DNA of 64,000 nucleotides from Enoplolaimus lenunculus (Eukaryota): NCBI GenBank assembly GCA_030248215.1, contig JASANG010002537.1, positions 434,001 to 498,000 of the forward strand, read 5' to 3'. Shown piece by piece: positions 1 to 12,243 of this stretch (position 1 is its first letter; each line of letters starts with the position of its first letter). The notes under the pieces were generated by a model. It saw only the letters and a program-made list of their open reading frames with translations, ran no database searches and was not told where the DNA came from. The position numbers and the translations under genes were made by a program.

Positions 1-188
1 CTCAGCATTAAGTAAAGTCATGTTGTAATAATTCGTACCTCTTTCGTTTTGTGACGTTACTTATTATTTTGTGTTTTACACGTGACATTTGCGCTTAGAA
101 ATAGCTTCAATATTATCGATTAATTGTTTTTAACCCTGTTGGGACGTTGGCGAAACTTCAAGAATTGGTGCATATTGCACTCACCAGA

Positions 189-3100
189 ATGGTTATCGCT
201 AACATTTTCCTACTGACTTTGGTAAGAATACTGTGTCATGTCTAAACTATCATAGGTTAAAGTTGCACTGAAAGTTGACAAATTAGAAGTACTTAGCTTG
301 GTGACAAACGGGTATTAACTTAAACTAAAAGCTCCTTAGCCATCTGAACCTATAAAAGTAAAGAAGTCAACAAATTCCGTGAGAAATTGATAGAATAATC
401 AACTTTTTTCTTAAGCGCAGGTGTTAAAAAATTAAATATCCATGCAGTTTATAACGCCGCAGACAGTATTTTGGTTGTAGAGCAGGGTCGCATCAAATAC
501 GCTCGGTTAACATTTTTCACAACGGCTAAATTTCAGGGGCTTCATCGTCTGACAGCTACAAATTTATTCAACAAGCAACAATGTAGAGATTGCTTTGAAT
601 CCGATATTATACTGAATCAAGAACAAATAAATTATATAGCAAATCAACGCGAAGGCCAGTTTTATGCCTCATCATTACCAGGTACTACTTAAAATAAGAG
701 TATGCAACTAGTTGGAAATCAAATAAGAGCAAATATCAGATACGTCCGTTCATTATCCACAAAAATATATTTATACTTTGTATTCGAACGAAATAAATGA
801 AACGTACGTAAACTAGAAGTTAAAGTGGCCCGATAGGGCCATGAAATAAGAATATGTTTCCAAACCAAACCAGAAGAAATTTGTAAAGTGTAGAAACAAG
901 TTGAAATAAATTTTTCTTTTTGAGCTAATTGGTAGTCAAATGGCAAAAATTCGCTAAATCCTGCTGAACATGTGGTATTTGCAACTGAAACATATTCGCT
1001 GTGTTGAACAATAATGCTACGTGTGCATACAATTTGGACGGATCATAGTAATTGGTTCCGTCCTTGAACTGTCTTCGTCAAAAATTCTAAACACAGAACT
1101 TTCCATTTTTTACTGCAGGCATCAATCATTAGATACAATTAGAGCGCTAAAAATGTTACTAATTAAATTCAAAATTATACGAAGGGCTTGAACCGGATAT
1201 ATATCCATTTCATAAAATCCGATGTCCATTTGCGTTACAAAAATACCGAAAATTTAGCTGTTTGTATGATCAAAATTAGTTCTAAATGAACTCCAAATCG
1301 TGAAAATTTATCGCTACGTATAGGCTGCATTTGTTCCGTAAATAATCAAAATAACGAAAATCATCCAAAACTAAAAATTTATTAGAAACCTCGGTGAATA
1401 TTTACCGTTATTTTGTTTTCGTTATTTTGGTCATTATCCGTTTTCTTTTCACTTATCTTTTTCACAAACGTTTAGCATACGGTGAAAAAACGGCAGTCCG
1501 GCGACAACAAACTTTGCCTTAGCCAGACGTGAAACAGAATTAGGGATCAAAATGATTTTAAGTTTACCGTCAACTGAACTTTTCAAAACTGGTTTAAAGT
1601 TACATGCCTGGCAAAATTCTACCGGAACCGGAGGTCGTTTTTCGCCAATGTCGGAAGTATTTATTGAATGGTTTTCTGGTTTGCACTATGTAAAAGCAGC
1701 GAATATGTTTCAGTTGCAAATACCACATGTTCAGCAGGATTTAGCGAATTTTTGCCATTTGACTACCAATTAGCTCAAAAAGAAAAATTTATTTCAACTT
1801 GTTTCTACACTTTACAAATTTCTTCTGGTTTGGTTTGGAAACATATTCTTATTTCATGGCCCTATCGGGGCACTTTAACTTCTAGTTTCAAACCTTTACA
1901 AGACCAATTTTTAAATACCGACGCAAAGCGGTTGAATCAGTATCTGACAATTATCCTAATCACTCGCGTATAATTTTCAACTTTAAATTTACTAACATGA
2001 ACACGCAGACAAATTTTAAAATGACAAATTGCAGATTTAACTGTGTAAAACTCAGAAACAATACAAAATAAACACGCAGGTAAATTGCGAAAATAACAAC
2101 ATGCAACATACAGAAACGTTTCACACAGAACCCGCCATTTATGCAGCTTCTAGTTTGGAGAAATTGGCAAACTGAAATAGTGTAGCTACAATCAGAATCC
2201 ATCCGTTAGTTGGCACCTGAAAACACTAAACCTTGCACACTTGCATGCTCTGGACAGTAACGGCGAAACATGTTAAGTGTAAAAACCTAACAATTAAGCC
2301 TAAGTATAAACCCAAGTTTACGTGTAAGTAAAGTCTAAATATAAGCGTCATATTGCTGTTCTCTCAGTACTCCAGTCAACCTGTCTTCCATTCGGTTATC
2401 CGGGATGAAGTGTTATAAATTTTGAACTCTACCCTTTTTTTGTAGAAAAAATCGCACAGTTTTATAAAGATAATAAAATGCAGTGATATGCAAGTCAGCT
2501 GCGGTTGCCAAGGTCGCAAGTAGGTACTGAAGGGAGTGACAGGTGGCGCACCCCAACTACGAATATTTTAGTTCCCCTCCTTCTATCTAACGAATTATGT
2601 GCAGTCTGAAAAGCATATTATTCAACGACAGACTCAAAGATTGCCTCTGTTATAGCAGAATGAACATAAGAACGAAATTCGCTATTACCTAACCACAGCG
2701 CGTAACCAGATATCCCTTTCCGGCAAAAATCGATGTTCGTTTCTTTATAGAAATAATAGAGGTCTGTTATTTTTACTTTCGAAATTAGTTAAAATCACGA
2801 ACATAACTGTCAATTTTCAATACAGATATGCTACAATGGTTCGAAATGAAATAAAAATTGCTAAATACACCCAAAATCTAAGAAAATTTCGAAGCATCCG
2901 ATACTTTTTTTGAAATTTTAGAAAGCCCCCTGCATATTTGCACGCCTCTGTATTGTTGGCCAAAACTAAAACGTCATTGAAACTTATACCTCAATATCCA
3001 TTTTCCGGTTACGTTATTTCGATCAATATCTATTTCCGTTTCCGTTATTATTACTATCCGTTTACACCCTGCCTTACCGTCGTTTAACACCACAGGAGTG

Positions 3101-6100
3101 TTAACTAAACGTTTTATTTTTCAGATTGAATTGCCATTTGCCTCTTTTAGACAACAAACAGTGAAAACATTTTTGGACATAACGCAGGCTGGAAAAATGA
3201 TGTTATTAGCCCATAATGCAGTTACAGGAAAAATACTGCAGTATTATGCAAATTGACACCAGTATAAAAAATATCAATAGCTAAAACTATGCTACTTACT
3301 TCGGTCAAATCGCGTAAAATTAAAAACGTTCCGCCTATGGCATACAAAAAAGTAAACCATGCCACCGCTGTAGTAAAGGTTTTGAAAATTTTGGAATACG
3401 CTATATGAAAATTGCGACGCGTGGTTTCTAGTTACCAACTGAAAAAATTTCTGAAAGCCCGTGAACAGAAAGCGCTAAGGAGCAAGGGGTGCTTAACCCT
3501 AGCCCTCAAGGCTAGTCCTTGCATTGAGCAACGCTGTAAAGCAGAAAGATTGTTAAGCTCAACTGGATCCATCTGTGACTGCCGCTTGCTTAGACCGCTT
3601 GGCTTGTCTATCCAAATCCTGCAGAATTCCCAGCCCAGTTTTCTTGGCCGTTCTTTTTATAATCGCTTCCGGTCCTAAATGAGCAACATTGTATCCAATA
3701 ACTCCGACGTTGTATGTGGATTTCAATGCATTGTCGGCTAGCGTACCAAATTCATCACCATATCTAAAATTATTAACACTATAATTGAGCATGCATACAT
3801 AGAAAGCTTAACATATTGCAGTTACAGGGTACCGCAAACCAAATTTCGCTATGTAAACCTAGTAAGAAAACAATTAGGTTATGGACATAACTCAAAATAC
3901 GCTCTCAAAATATAATTAAAATCAGTTACCTATAATTAACAACCTGAACAGTTTCATTTACAATACATTTCGCTAAAACCTTCGCCGCTGCTTCCAAACC
4001 CATGTAAACAGATGCAGCACCTTAAAAGTAAAGAACACATTAAGAACTACCTGCATCCCGTTTCCACAGATTCTACTTCACATCAAATATCGAGTTCTAA
4101 CTATACATCAGAGATGAACCGGATATGCGGCTCCGTCGAAAAATCGACATCCGCCTTCGGTATTCTAACTTGCCGGATATTTTTTAAAAATAATCTAAAA
4201 CTTAAACCACATTTGGTTAGCATGCCTGTATCAGGCTAAATTTAGCAGTTGGTTTATTCCTTCCAACAATTCCGTCATTTATTCATTTATTGTACATTTT
4301 GATTGGCTAGATATGCACGAACGACCACTGGTTCCTAAAGTGCCGTCAGTTATTCTGATTTTTTGTACCGTTATCACGGAAATAACGCATTTCCCAATAA
4401 CAACGAGCATAACGCTGCTGTTGTTTGCAAACAGTATTATTGAGAATATTAACATGGCTGCATTAGCGAGATTTATGACACTGATCTGAACCTGTATACA
4501 TTGGTCAATATTAGTGTTAAATGCGTAACACTAGGCTCAGCGTAAAGATAAGTCTAAACCAAAGCCTAAGCCTAAGCGAAAATATAGCCTTAATCAAAGG
4601 TTTGGTACACCAGAAAGGAATATGCCATTAAATAAAAAAATAAAATAAGCATCCGATTCCGGACAGATATTGAACTAATTCTGTAATTTTATTGAACTAT
4701 CTAGTTGCGGTAATTTACGGTATCCGGTTAAAATTATTAAATAATATAATAATATAATCATGCTATACAAGTTAGGCAAAAAAATCAGAAAATTTTGCAA
4801 AATTATGGTTACACTATAAGAAAGATCAAGATAACTAAAATTTTAAAACCTTCTGCGTAAAGGTAGTGTTAAACACAATTTCCATTGAAACCATGCCCAT
4901 TTTCAACTGAACACAACGCTGTAACGTACAGATGCTGTCAGAAATTTTTTAAGCACTATAATTGATTTTAAACTACATAGCCTGTGCCCGTGGTTGTGCT
5001 CATCCGATTTCAACATTCGGTGAGTCCGTTAATGTCTCACCGACTATACAACAGCTAAAACTACGATGATCTTTAAGCCAGCAAAAAAATTCACTCTAAT
5101 GCACGTATATCAGAACTTTATTATAAAAGAATTTCCTAAGTACAAATACTTACCTGCTAATCCAGCATCACCAACCTCCATCGCGTCTTTAAAAACTGAG
5201 CTGCAACCATGTATACATGCACGCTTCACCAAGCTGGTTTACTACAACGTACAGCAATGCAATGATGAAACGTTGAGCCAACAACTTTTATCTAACACGA
5301 AAAAGCCAAGCATAAACAGCGGTTCTCAATTCAGTATTGAAATTCTTGAAACGCCAAAAGTAGAACAATAATTAAAACGCCAACAGTAAGCAAACTCACT
5401 CAAATATCCTGAAACTTTAACCCCGACCTTGGTACCTTTGCGCAAATAATGGACGGATGTTTGAACTTTAGGGTCCACGAAAATTGATTTTTGTCCGACA
5501 GTTCGTTCTTTACACTTGACAGATTGATCATGAACAATCGACTCTCCCGATGGTATTTCCACGCTCTACAATAAACCACCTAAAACTGTTTCTTGTCCGA
5601 CTAATTCACCGTACTCTCAATGCAATTAGTTTCAACTTTGGTACCGACGTAATAGTACTTAGTTAGTAAAAAGTTAATTTAAAAGCCAAATAGCATAATC
5701 AATCGCTAGAAATTTGCCGTAATAAACTGATTTTAATAAGATTTTTAACTTTTAAGAAATACAAAAAAAAAAAAAAAAAAAAGAACAGCGTAGAACAGCA
5801 ATTGACACTCTATATAATTTTTGTTAAGATGCTGTTGGGGGGCCACGGCCGGGGTGCCCCCCATGGATCCGCCATTGTTGGTGATATAACTGTAGTAACT
5901 TCCAATTTTTTCACAAATGGGTAAAGTCCCCTGAATAGTGGTAGAATCTGACGTACCACAACAAAATTGCAGTATTATTTCATTTTTAGAATAATCAGCG
6001 CTAGACAGTGAGTATATTCGAAACAATGTTTGCATTTAGACCCATATTCTCGAATGCGTATAGCACCTATCATCAGTTAACGATAAATTTTCAAATTGAC

Positions 6101-9100
6101 GACCATCTGCAATTGCAAATCAGAAAGTTGGTGCAAAGTAGGGCAAATCAAACGCAAACAATGTGCTGAATTTTGTACCTTACCGTGGGCATATACTAAA
6201 GTTACAGGTCGTCTATCACCAACGTGTGATAACCTCAAAACGAAGTTTCGACGCCTGTTAAAATATTGCTACATAAATGTGTGTGAGTCCAGTATTTGAC
6301 AATTCGGGCTCTATATTTCAGATGTTTGAATGTATAGTCGCCGCTACAATGTAGGTCGCAGAACACAGACAAAAATATATCGTCGACCACAATTTTAGGC
6401 AAAAATAGTTAACGGACCAGTTAATAAGTTATTGGATAAATTCTGACGTAGTAAAAATAAACATCAATGTCGTAGTACCTCTTTAAGATACTAAAGATGT
6501 GGATGTACATTTTAGCAGGAATTAAGTTGCGTAAAATTATGTAAATAAACTTTTTTAAATCCACACACAAAAAAGTATTTGTGAATTTATTCACAAAAGT
6601 ATTTTCTGCTGCAAATTTGAAAAGTTTTTCTGATGTTTAAGACAATTTTCCTAAAAATAACAGGAAAACGGTTAGTTTGAGACTTTATTTCAAAACTTTT
6701 TTGAAAACTTTTCTGTTATAACAGAAATACTTTTCACGTGCACCTTGCTAATCATATTCCTTAAATGTAAGAAATTTTTTCTTAAATATCACAAATATTA
6801 TTTTGAGTGCAGTCCAAATTCTTGCTTGATACAACAATCGTAAACAACTTTGCTAATTTCACTACAGTTACCGCTCAAGTATTAATTTGTGAATAATTAA
6901 AGAAAACTACAAAATTTTAAAAATATACAACAGCTGTTTTTACAAACGAAAAAGTCAAGAATAGAAAACAGCCGTTTTTGACGGTCAATATTGCATTGAC
7001 GACGAAATTCTGAAATAAATGCCCGGGAACTTAAACACTTTTACAATGACGGTTTCTATGTATGCTTAAATACTGCTTAACTTTTCATATTGAACATATA
7101 CGCACTTCAAAACAGTATAAAACTTTCAATTAACTGTGATTTCACCACTGTTTTACTAGCCACTGTGATTTCTTTATTAAAAATAGCAGTCATAGTGGAA
7201 GTTTGCGTTTAGGTTAGAGACTGTTTAGGAGGATTGATAGTAAATACATTTCCTACCGGTATTAAAGCGCTATGTATTTTAATTCACTCAAGTTCAGCTT
7301 TAAAATTCAAAACCCATCTCACAAATAAAATCTATATCTTCGCAACATTCAACAAAATTTACACATAAAATTTTCAGGTGCGTAAGCGTGCCAACGACAA
7401 AGACTATGTCGAATTTGTGAACGAAGGAGGGTGTTGGTCATCGATTGGTCGACAAGGCGGCCGACAGAAAATTTCAATTGGTAAGTTTTGACTAAATAAA
7501 TGTTGAAACATTGGGTACAGTACGTTATCCGGTCTTTAAGTATTGTACCAACAAAAATTTTACCTTGAACAAACATTGCAAATTGTTATTTGACTGGTAG
7601 GTGCCGAATCGGAGCTATTAGTAAAACATACGTTTTTAAGGTTGACATCGTTAAGAATGCTACAGGAAGACAGTTCCACTGCCGGAAAGTTATCAACTCA
7701 AATTTGAGTGCAACCCCCTGACCAGTCCTGTCAATATAATATCGTACCCGTGCGCAGGTTAAATATCAAATCCAACAGGACGGAAAGAAGCGTCCCGTTT
7801 TGGATTTCGGAACCGTCATAAAAAACAGAGTTGCCTCTGTGTCAGCGAATATTTTGTTATGAAACCGTTTTGCTTACTAGGTTATGATTGTGAAGAAAGA
7901 GGCGTAGTGATTCACGAAATTCTTCATTCCTTGGGTCTGTTTCACGAACAGTCACGTGACGACCGCGACAGTTATGTGCGTATTCGTCTTGATAATGTTC
8001 TGCCAAGATATCGGTCAAATTTTAAAAAATACTTTACTTATATCGACACTTCACTTATTCCATACGATTATACTTCAATAATGCATTATGGTTCAGAAGC
8101 ATTCACTATTGAGTATGTGTTTATTAAAATAAAAATACACTCTGCGGCATTTACCTCGGCTGTATGTGTTTTTGAACTTTTTGTAAATTTTAATTTCAAA
8201 TGACAACTACTCGTTTCCTGTACTTTTGATAGACAACCACCATTAATTTGGAAAACAGCTACTGTTCGTCATGCTAACTAGGCCAGAATGGCTCAGCCCC
8301 ACGCCCTGAAAAATTTCGCCCCCCCCTAGAAAATTTTCAGCCTAGCTTGTAAGTCGTTGAAAACGCTTGTATGCCCCTTCTGGAATTTTTTAGCTTCCTA
8401 GCACGGAGTGCTGACTACGGGCCTGAGATACTTTCTAAACAGGTAAATTGCAACTTAAGCGTCTACTGGTTTGTTTAATTAAAACGAAAAACTATCGATA
8501 CTACGTTTCAAATAGAACAGCTTAGATGCTTGCCGTTCCAAAACATGACAGTTACTTTTGAAAATTATGACAGTCGTCTGCGACATCGAAGTACACTTTT
8601 GTTAAGGCTGCATCTTGTGCATGCAGTTCTGGGCTCATGTTCTCAAATGCATATACGACGTATCACCAGTTAGTAATAGGTTTTCAAACTACCGAACTGC
8701 TGCAATTGCAGATTTCAAAAGTACCACAGTAGAATCAATCGAATGCAATAATTTTTGCTGAATTTCAATCAAACCTCACCATTTTCTGATTCGAAAGTTA
8801 TAAGACATATCACCAGCTGATGATAGATGTTGCACACATTTGAGAATACAGGCCTTGTTAGCATTATTTTAGGTGCGCTCTAAACAGCAGGAGTCATTTT
8901 TATCGTAATACGAACTAGTTTTGAAGTTTGGTGCGTTCCAGCTTTAATATATGGGTTACAGAACGGTACACTTTCGTTTTCAGCTCCGGTTTAAGAACTA
9001 TCGAAACTCTGGACGCTGCGCAAGCAGATACCATTGGTCAAACAAGAGGACTCAGTGCTCGAGATGTAATGAAGATTCATCTGCTGTATCGCTGTTCAAG

Positions 9101-10116
9101 TAAAGCCTGCCGTTTGCTTTAATTTTAATATCTTTGTTCCAATTAGGAGAAACCGAAGTTACCCATGACATAATTTTCAAAGTCTACTACTATCATTTAT
9201 GAGAGTATTACAGGATGCAGTTACAAAATTCAATAAACCAAGCTAATTTTCAGATCCAGAAAGTATGATAAAATAGTTTCTTCATTTGTGGTGTTATATT
9301 AACAGGGGATAAAGTGGTACGAAACATCAAAACAGCACTGTGAACGTTAGGCAAATCAGAATTTTTTGCTGCCTCAAAACATATTAAAACTTGTATTAAG
9401 TTTTAACGATAACTTTAAATTCAGGCAGCTCTTTACGCTTGTTGCTAATTTGAAAGCTATGCATTTTACAGGTAATATATACTGGCAAACCACGTTGTTT
9501 ACATTCAGCTAGTTATCTATTTAGCTAATTGAAAATTTTTTAACCCTACAAGACTCGATCAGAAGTTTAAAATGTTAAGAAGTTTAAGAAATATACATTA
9601 AATTCAGCGAGTGTACATGAACACGAAGTAAAAACAAATCACTGCAAAACTGTGTGCAATGATTTTAATTTAACATTACTTTTTTGTTTTGATTTGTTAT
9701 TAGCAGATAAAAAGGCTATGATACCAAAGTGTCGTACTGCAGTCGATATTAGCCTTTGTCTACACTGGATGAAATCCGAGCTGTGCGAACCAAGTTCGTT
9801 TGTTGAGCACGTCCGCGCGTACTGTCCAGATTCTTGTCAAATGTGTACCAATAAAACGCATCCCATCACGTTCACGACACGGCGTACTACAGTACCGTGG
9901 ACCAGCCGATCCACATGGCAGACAACCAGAACAACCACAACTGCGACCACCACTATCACAACAACAACTACTACTACCAGAACAACTACAACAAGAAAGC
10001 GCAGATTGTGTTTCGATAAAGCTAAACAACGTTTTTGTCAACGAAAAATGTCGCGAGGGAAATGTTTTAAACGAAGAATCCAACGACGATGCAGTCAAAC
10101 TTGTGGGGTTTGTTAG
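189..10116 (+). CDS. Astacin-family (M12A) zinc metalloprotease with Thr-rich linker and two ShK domains; the exon(s) for the N-terminal part of the mature protease were not found
   Basis: Exons 189-221 and 537-681 splice in phase and give a signal peptide (MVIANIFLLTLGLHRLTA) plus the propeptide motif FESDII. Exons 7378-7480, 7881-8112, 8984-9099 and ~9704-10116 are phase-consistent GT-AG. They encode GCWSSIGRQGGRQ, the zinc motif HEILHSLGLFHEQSRDDRD, the Met-turn SIMHY and two 6-Cys ShK domains ending CxxSCxxC/CxxTCxxC. Linking the first two exons to the rest is inference. Confidence 0.85.
810..1888. mobile_element. 192-bp inverted repeat pair (810-1001 and 1697-1888) whose outer ends resemble Helitron 3' termini
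   Basis: The arms are reverse complements with one visible mismatch. Each outer end has a hairpin TGGCCC-TATC-GGG(C/G)CA, then 9 nt, then CTAG followed by T. No TSD seen. Confidence 0.7.
3559..5565 (-). pseudogene. SPG20: Spartin (SPG20)-like senescence-domain fragment, apparently frameshifted and 5'-truncated
   Basis: Exons 5400-5565, 5154-5241, 3930-4020 and 3559-3763 give VDPKVQTSVHYLRKGTKVGVKVSGYL...VFKDAMEVGDAGLAGAASVYMGLEAAAKVLAKCIVNETVQVVNYRYGDEFGTLADNALKSTYNVGVIGYNVAHLGPEAIIKRTAKKTG, which resembles the spartin C-terminus. Exon 5154-5241 is 88 bp between two phase-1 introns (frameshift). No upstream MIT-domain exons found. Confidence 0.7.
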
Positions 10117-10150
10117 CTGAAATCAGTAAACCAGAGCTGATACTATAAAA

Positions 10151-10345
10151 GGACCATGTATAGAACAATGCCGAATTGTTTTCCGGAGGGTAGACTATTT
10201 TTTGCTTAGGCTTAGGGTTATGCTAAGGCTTAAGCTAAGACTTAGGAATAGGCTCTTCCACACGCTCAGGCTTAGGCTTAGGCTTAGTGCTTAGGCTTAG
10301 GAATATGCTTATACTACTGTTCCGGCCCTGTTCTATACATCGGCC
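10151..10345. mobile_element. Merlin-type MITE with internal TTAGGC tracts (diverged copy)
   Basis: Termini ggaccatgtatagaac / gttctatacatcggcc; internal (TTAGGC)n; degenerate 8-bp flanks ctataaaa/ctattaat. Confidence 0.7.
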
Positions 10346-10808
10346 CTATTAATTATGTGTAGACGTATTGTGAGTTCAACTTTCACCAACTAGACTATAG
10401 CTGAAAACCTAAACATCAGCATCGCAGCAGCAGAAGATAGTTGCAAACTTGTACGAAGTTATAAAATTTAGTACTTTCTGGTGTATAAGTTGAAAACGGT
10501 TTTACTCCTGTCTTTATATTCCTACCATTTCCCCTCAAATTCAGGTAAAATGATGAATGAATAAAGCTAAAGGAATATATAAAATGCAGCCGTATGCTAT
10601 TGTAGTTTCAGATTACCTTATCACAGTGGAGGGTATTTATGTAGCTGCGTAGTGTGGAAGCAGCACAAGTGTTACGGCTTGGGCTTTTTCACTTTTTATC
10701 ACAAACAGTACTCCGACTATGTATGAACAACATACCATAATAATGCGAAGGTACTATTACTGGTGGATTCTTACACATTTTGCGGCTTTAACTATGAAAT
10801 TTGGTTGT

Positions 10809-11300
10809 AAAACGGGACAGCAGCAATTTTTCGCTGAGAAACGAGACCCCTGCAATTTTTCGCGGACAAAGGTAAAAATGGGTCAGGCTTGTTTCGGACA
10901 AATTGAAAAACGGGACTGCTGCAATTTGTCTATGCGAAAACGGGACAGCTTCACTTTTTCGCTTGGAAAACGTGAGAACGGAACAGGTTTGTTTCTTGCA
11001 AATGGAAGAACGGAATAGCCGTAAATTTTCGCTGGGAAAACGGGACAATGGGACAACAGGCCTGTTTCGGACGGGACAGCTGCAAATGTTTGCTGGGAAA
11101 ATGCGAAAACGTGATAGCTGCAAATTTGCTTTGGGAAAACGGGACAGCTCAATTTCTTGCTGGGAAAACCGGAAAACGGGACAGGTTTGTTTCGATCAAA
11201 TGGAAAAACGGGACAGCTGCAAAATTTTTACTGGAAAAACGGGAAAATGAGACAGCTGTATATTTCGTTGGGAAAATGAAAAATTGGACACAGGTCAAAT
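10809..11300. repeat. Degenerate ~30-bp minisatellite with core AAAACGGGACAG
   Basis: Core or variants recur at ~10809, 10840, 10907, 10937, 11037, 11071, 11136, 11173, 11205 and 11236. It accounts for the overlapping repetitive ORFs here. Confidence 0.85.
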
Positions 11301-11760
11301 TTTCAGACTGTCCAAAATTTGTTATATCGAGGAAGGGGAACGAAGATTTTCGTAGTTGCGGTTGCGCCATCTGTCACTGCCCTCTGTAGCTATTTGCAGC
11401 CTTGGCAGCCACAGCTGACGCTGACTTTGCATATCACTGCATTTAAATACCTTTATAGAACTGTGCAAATTTTTTTGTTCAATACACGGGTATGCGGAAT
11501 GAATCGAAAAAACAATTTTAATCACAATGTCTGGCCCGAGTCTATTTGGGAGTGGAGCACCAGCCAAATTTGGGACCACAGCCCCTTCCCAATGCTCCCC
11601 GTGAGGAACGGAAAACGCGACATCAATGTTTTTTGTTGAGGTTGACGCTATAAGGGAGGCTGCCGCCCCCTCTGCGCCCCCTCCAATTGGAAGTACTCTA
11701 AACATTAAGGAGGGCAGCCGTCCCCCAAGTCACTAAGCGATCTTGCTAACCAAACCACAA

Positions 11761-11826
11761 ATAATAATAATAATAATATTAATAATAATAATAATAATAT
11801 TAATAATAATAATAAAGTTTAATAAT
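11761..11826. repeat. (AAT)n microsatellite
   Basis: Directly visible, with a few interruptions. Confidence 0.95.
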
Positions 11827-12243
11827 CTTCGATTACGCAAAGATGAGTAGCAAATACTGCTCTCCGGCACTATTGCTGTCCCGCTGGAAAACGGGACGCC
11901 CCTGAAAGTAACATGGGCATGAGTATTGTAGAATGCTACTCTGTTTATTAAAACGTCAGCAGTCTAGCGCATGGATATCGTACAATTTGATTTTGATAGC
12001 ATTCAATATGTTATATTAGTACAGAATTTTGGCTCTCACTTTAAATGTTTATTTTGTCAGTTGTTCTACTTTGAAGAATCGCATCAAGTTGAAATTTTTA
12101 TATTTAAATATTCAAACTAAAACTAGAACATTTACAATCTCAAGAATGTTTTGTCGAACAATGTCGATTCAGAAGCAAGTGGATTTGAAAAAATAGCAAC
12201 TTACACAATTTTTTGATAATAAATAATTGAACTTTAATATTTT

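Noticed and set aside
1600..1690. Minus-strand reading RKPFNKYFRHWRKTTSGSG as an inverted, missing astacin exon
   Set aside because: The sequence matches the cctccggttccggtagaatttt motif of the hAT-like MITE family and soon hits a stop.
719..1973. Duplicated ORFs 719-946 (-) and 1668-1973 (+)
   Set aside because: Their shared peptide simply reflects the 192-bp inverted repeat.
2139..2216. Isolated minus-strand exon-like segment VPTNGWILIVATLFQFANFSKLEAA-stop
   Set aside because: Good acceptor but no partner exons and no recognisable homology.
6184..6254. Possible upstream spartin exon with good splice sites (- strand)
   Set aside because: It lies largely within a reversed copy of the MITE at ~60251-60470 and shows no spartin similarity.
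9760..10120. Cys/Ser-rich antisense ORF and Gln-rich alternative-frame ORF
   Set aside because: Shadows of the ACA/ACT-rich Thr linker of the astacin.
10719..11389. Several overlapping ORFs with KRD/NGT repeats
   Set aside because: Open in many frames on both strands because of the minisatellite; no domain or splice structure.
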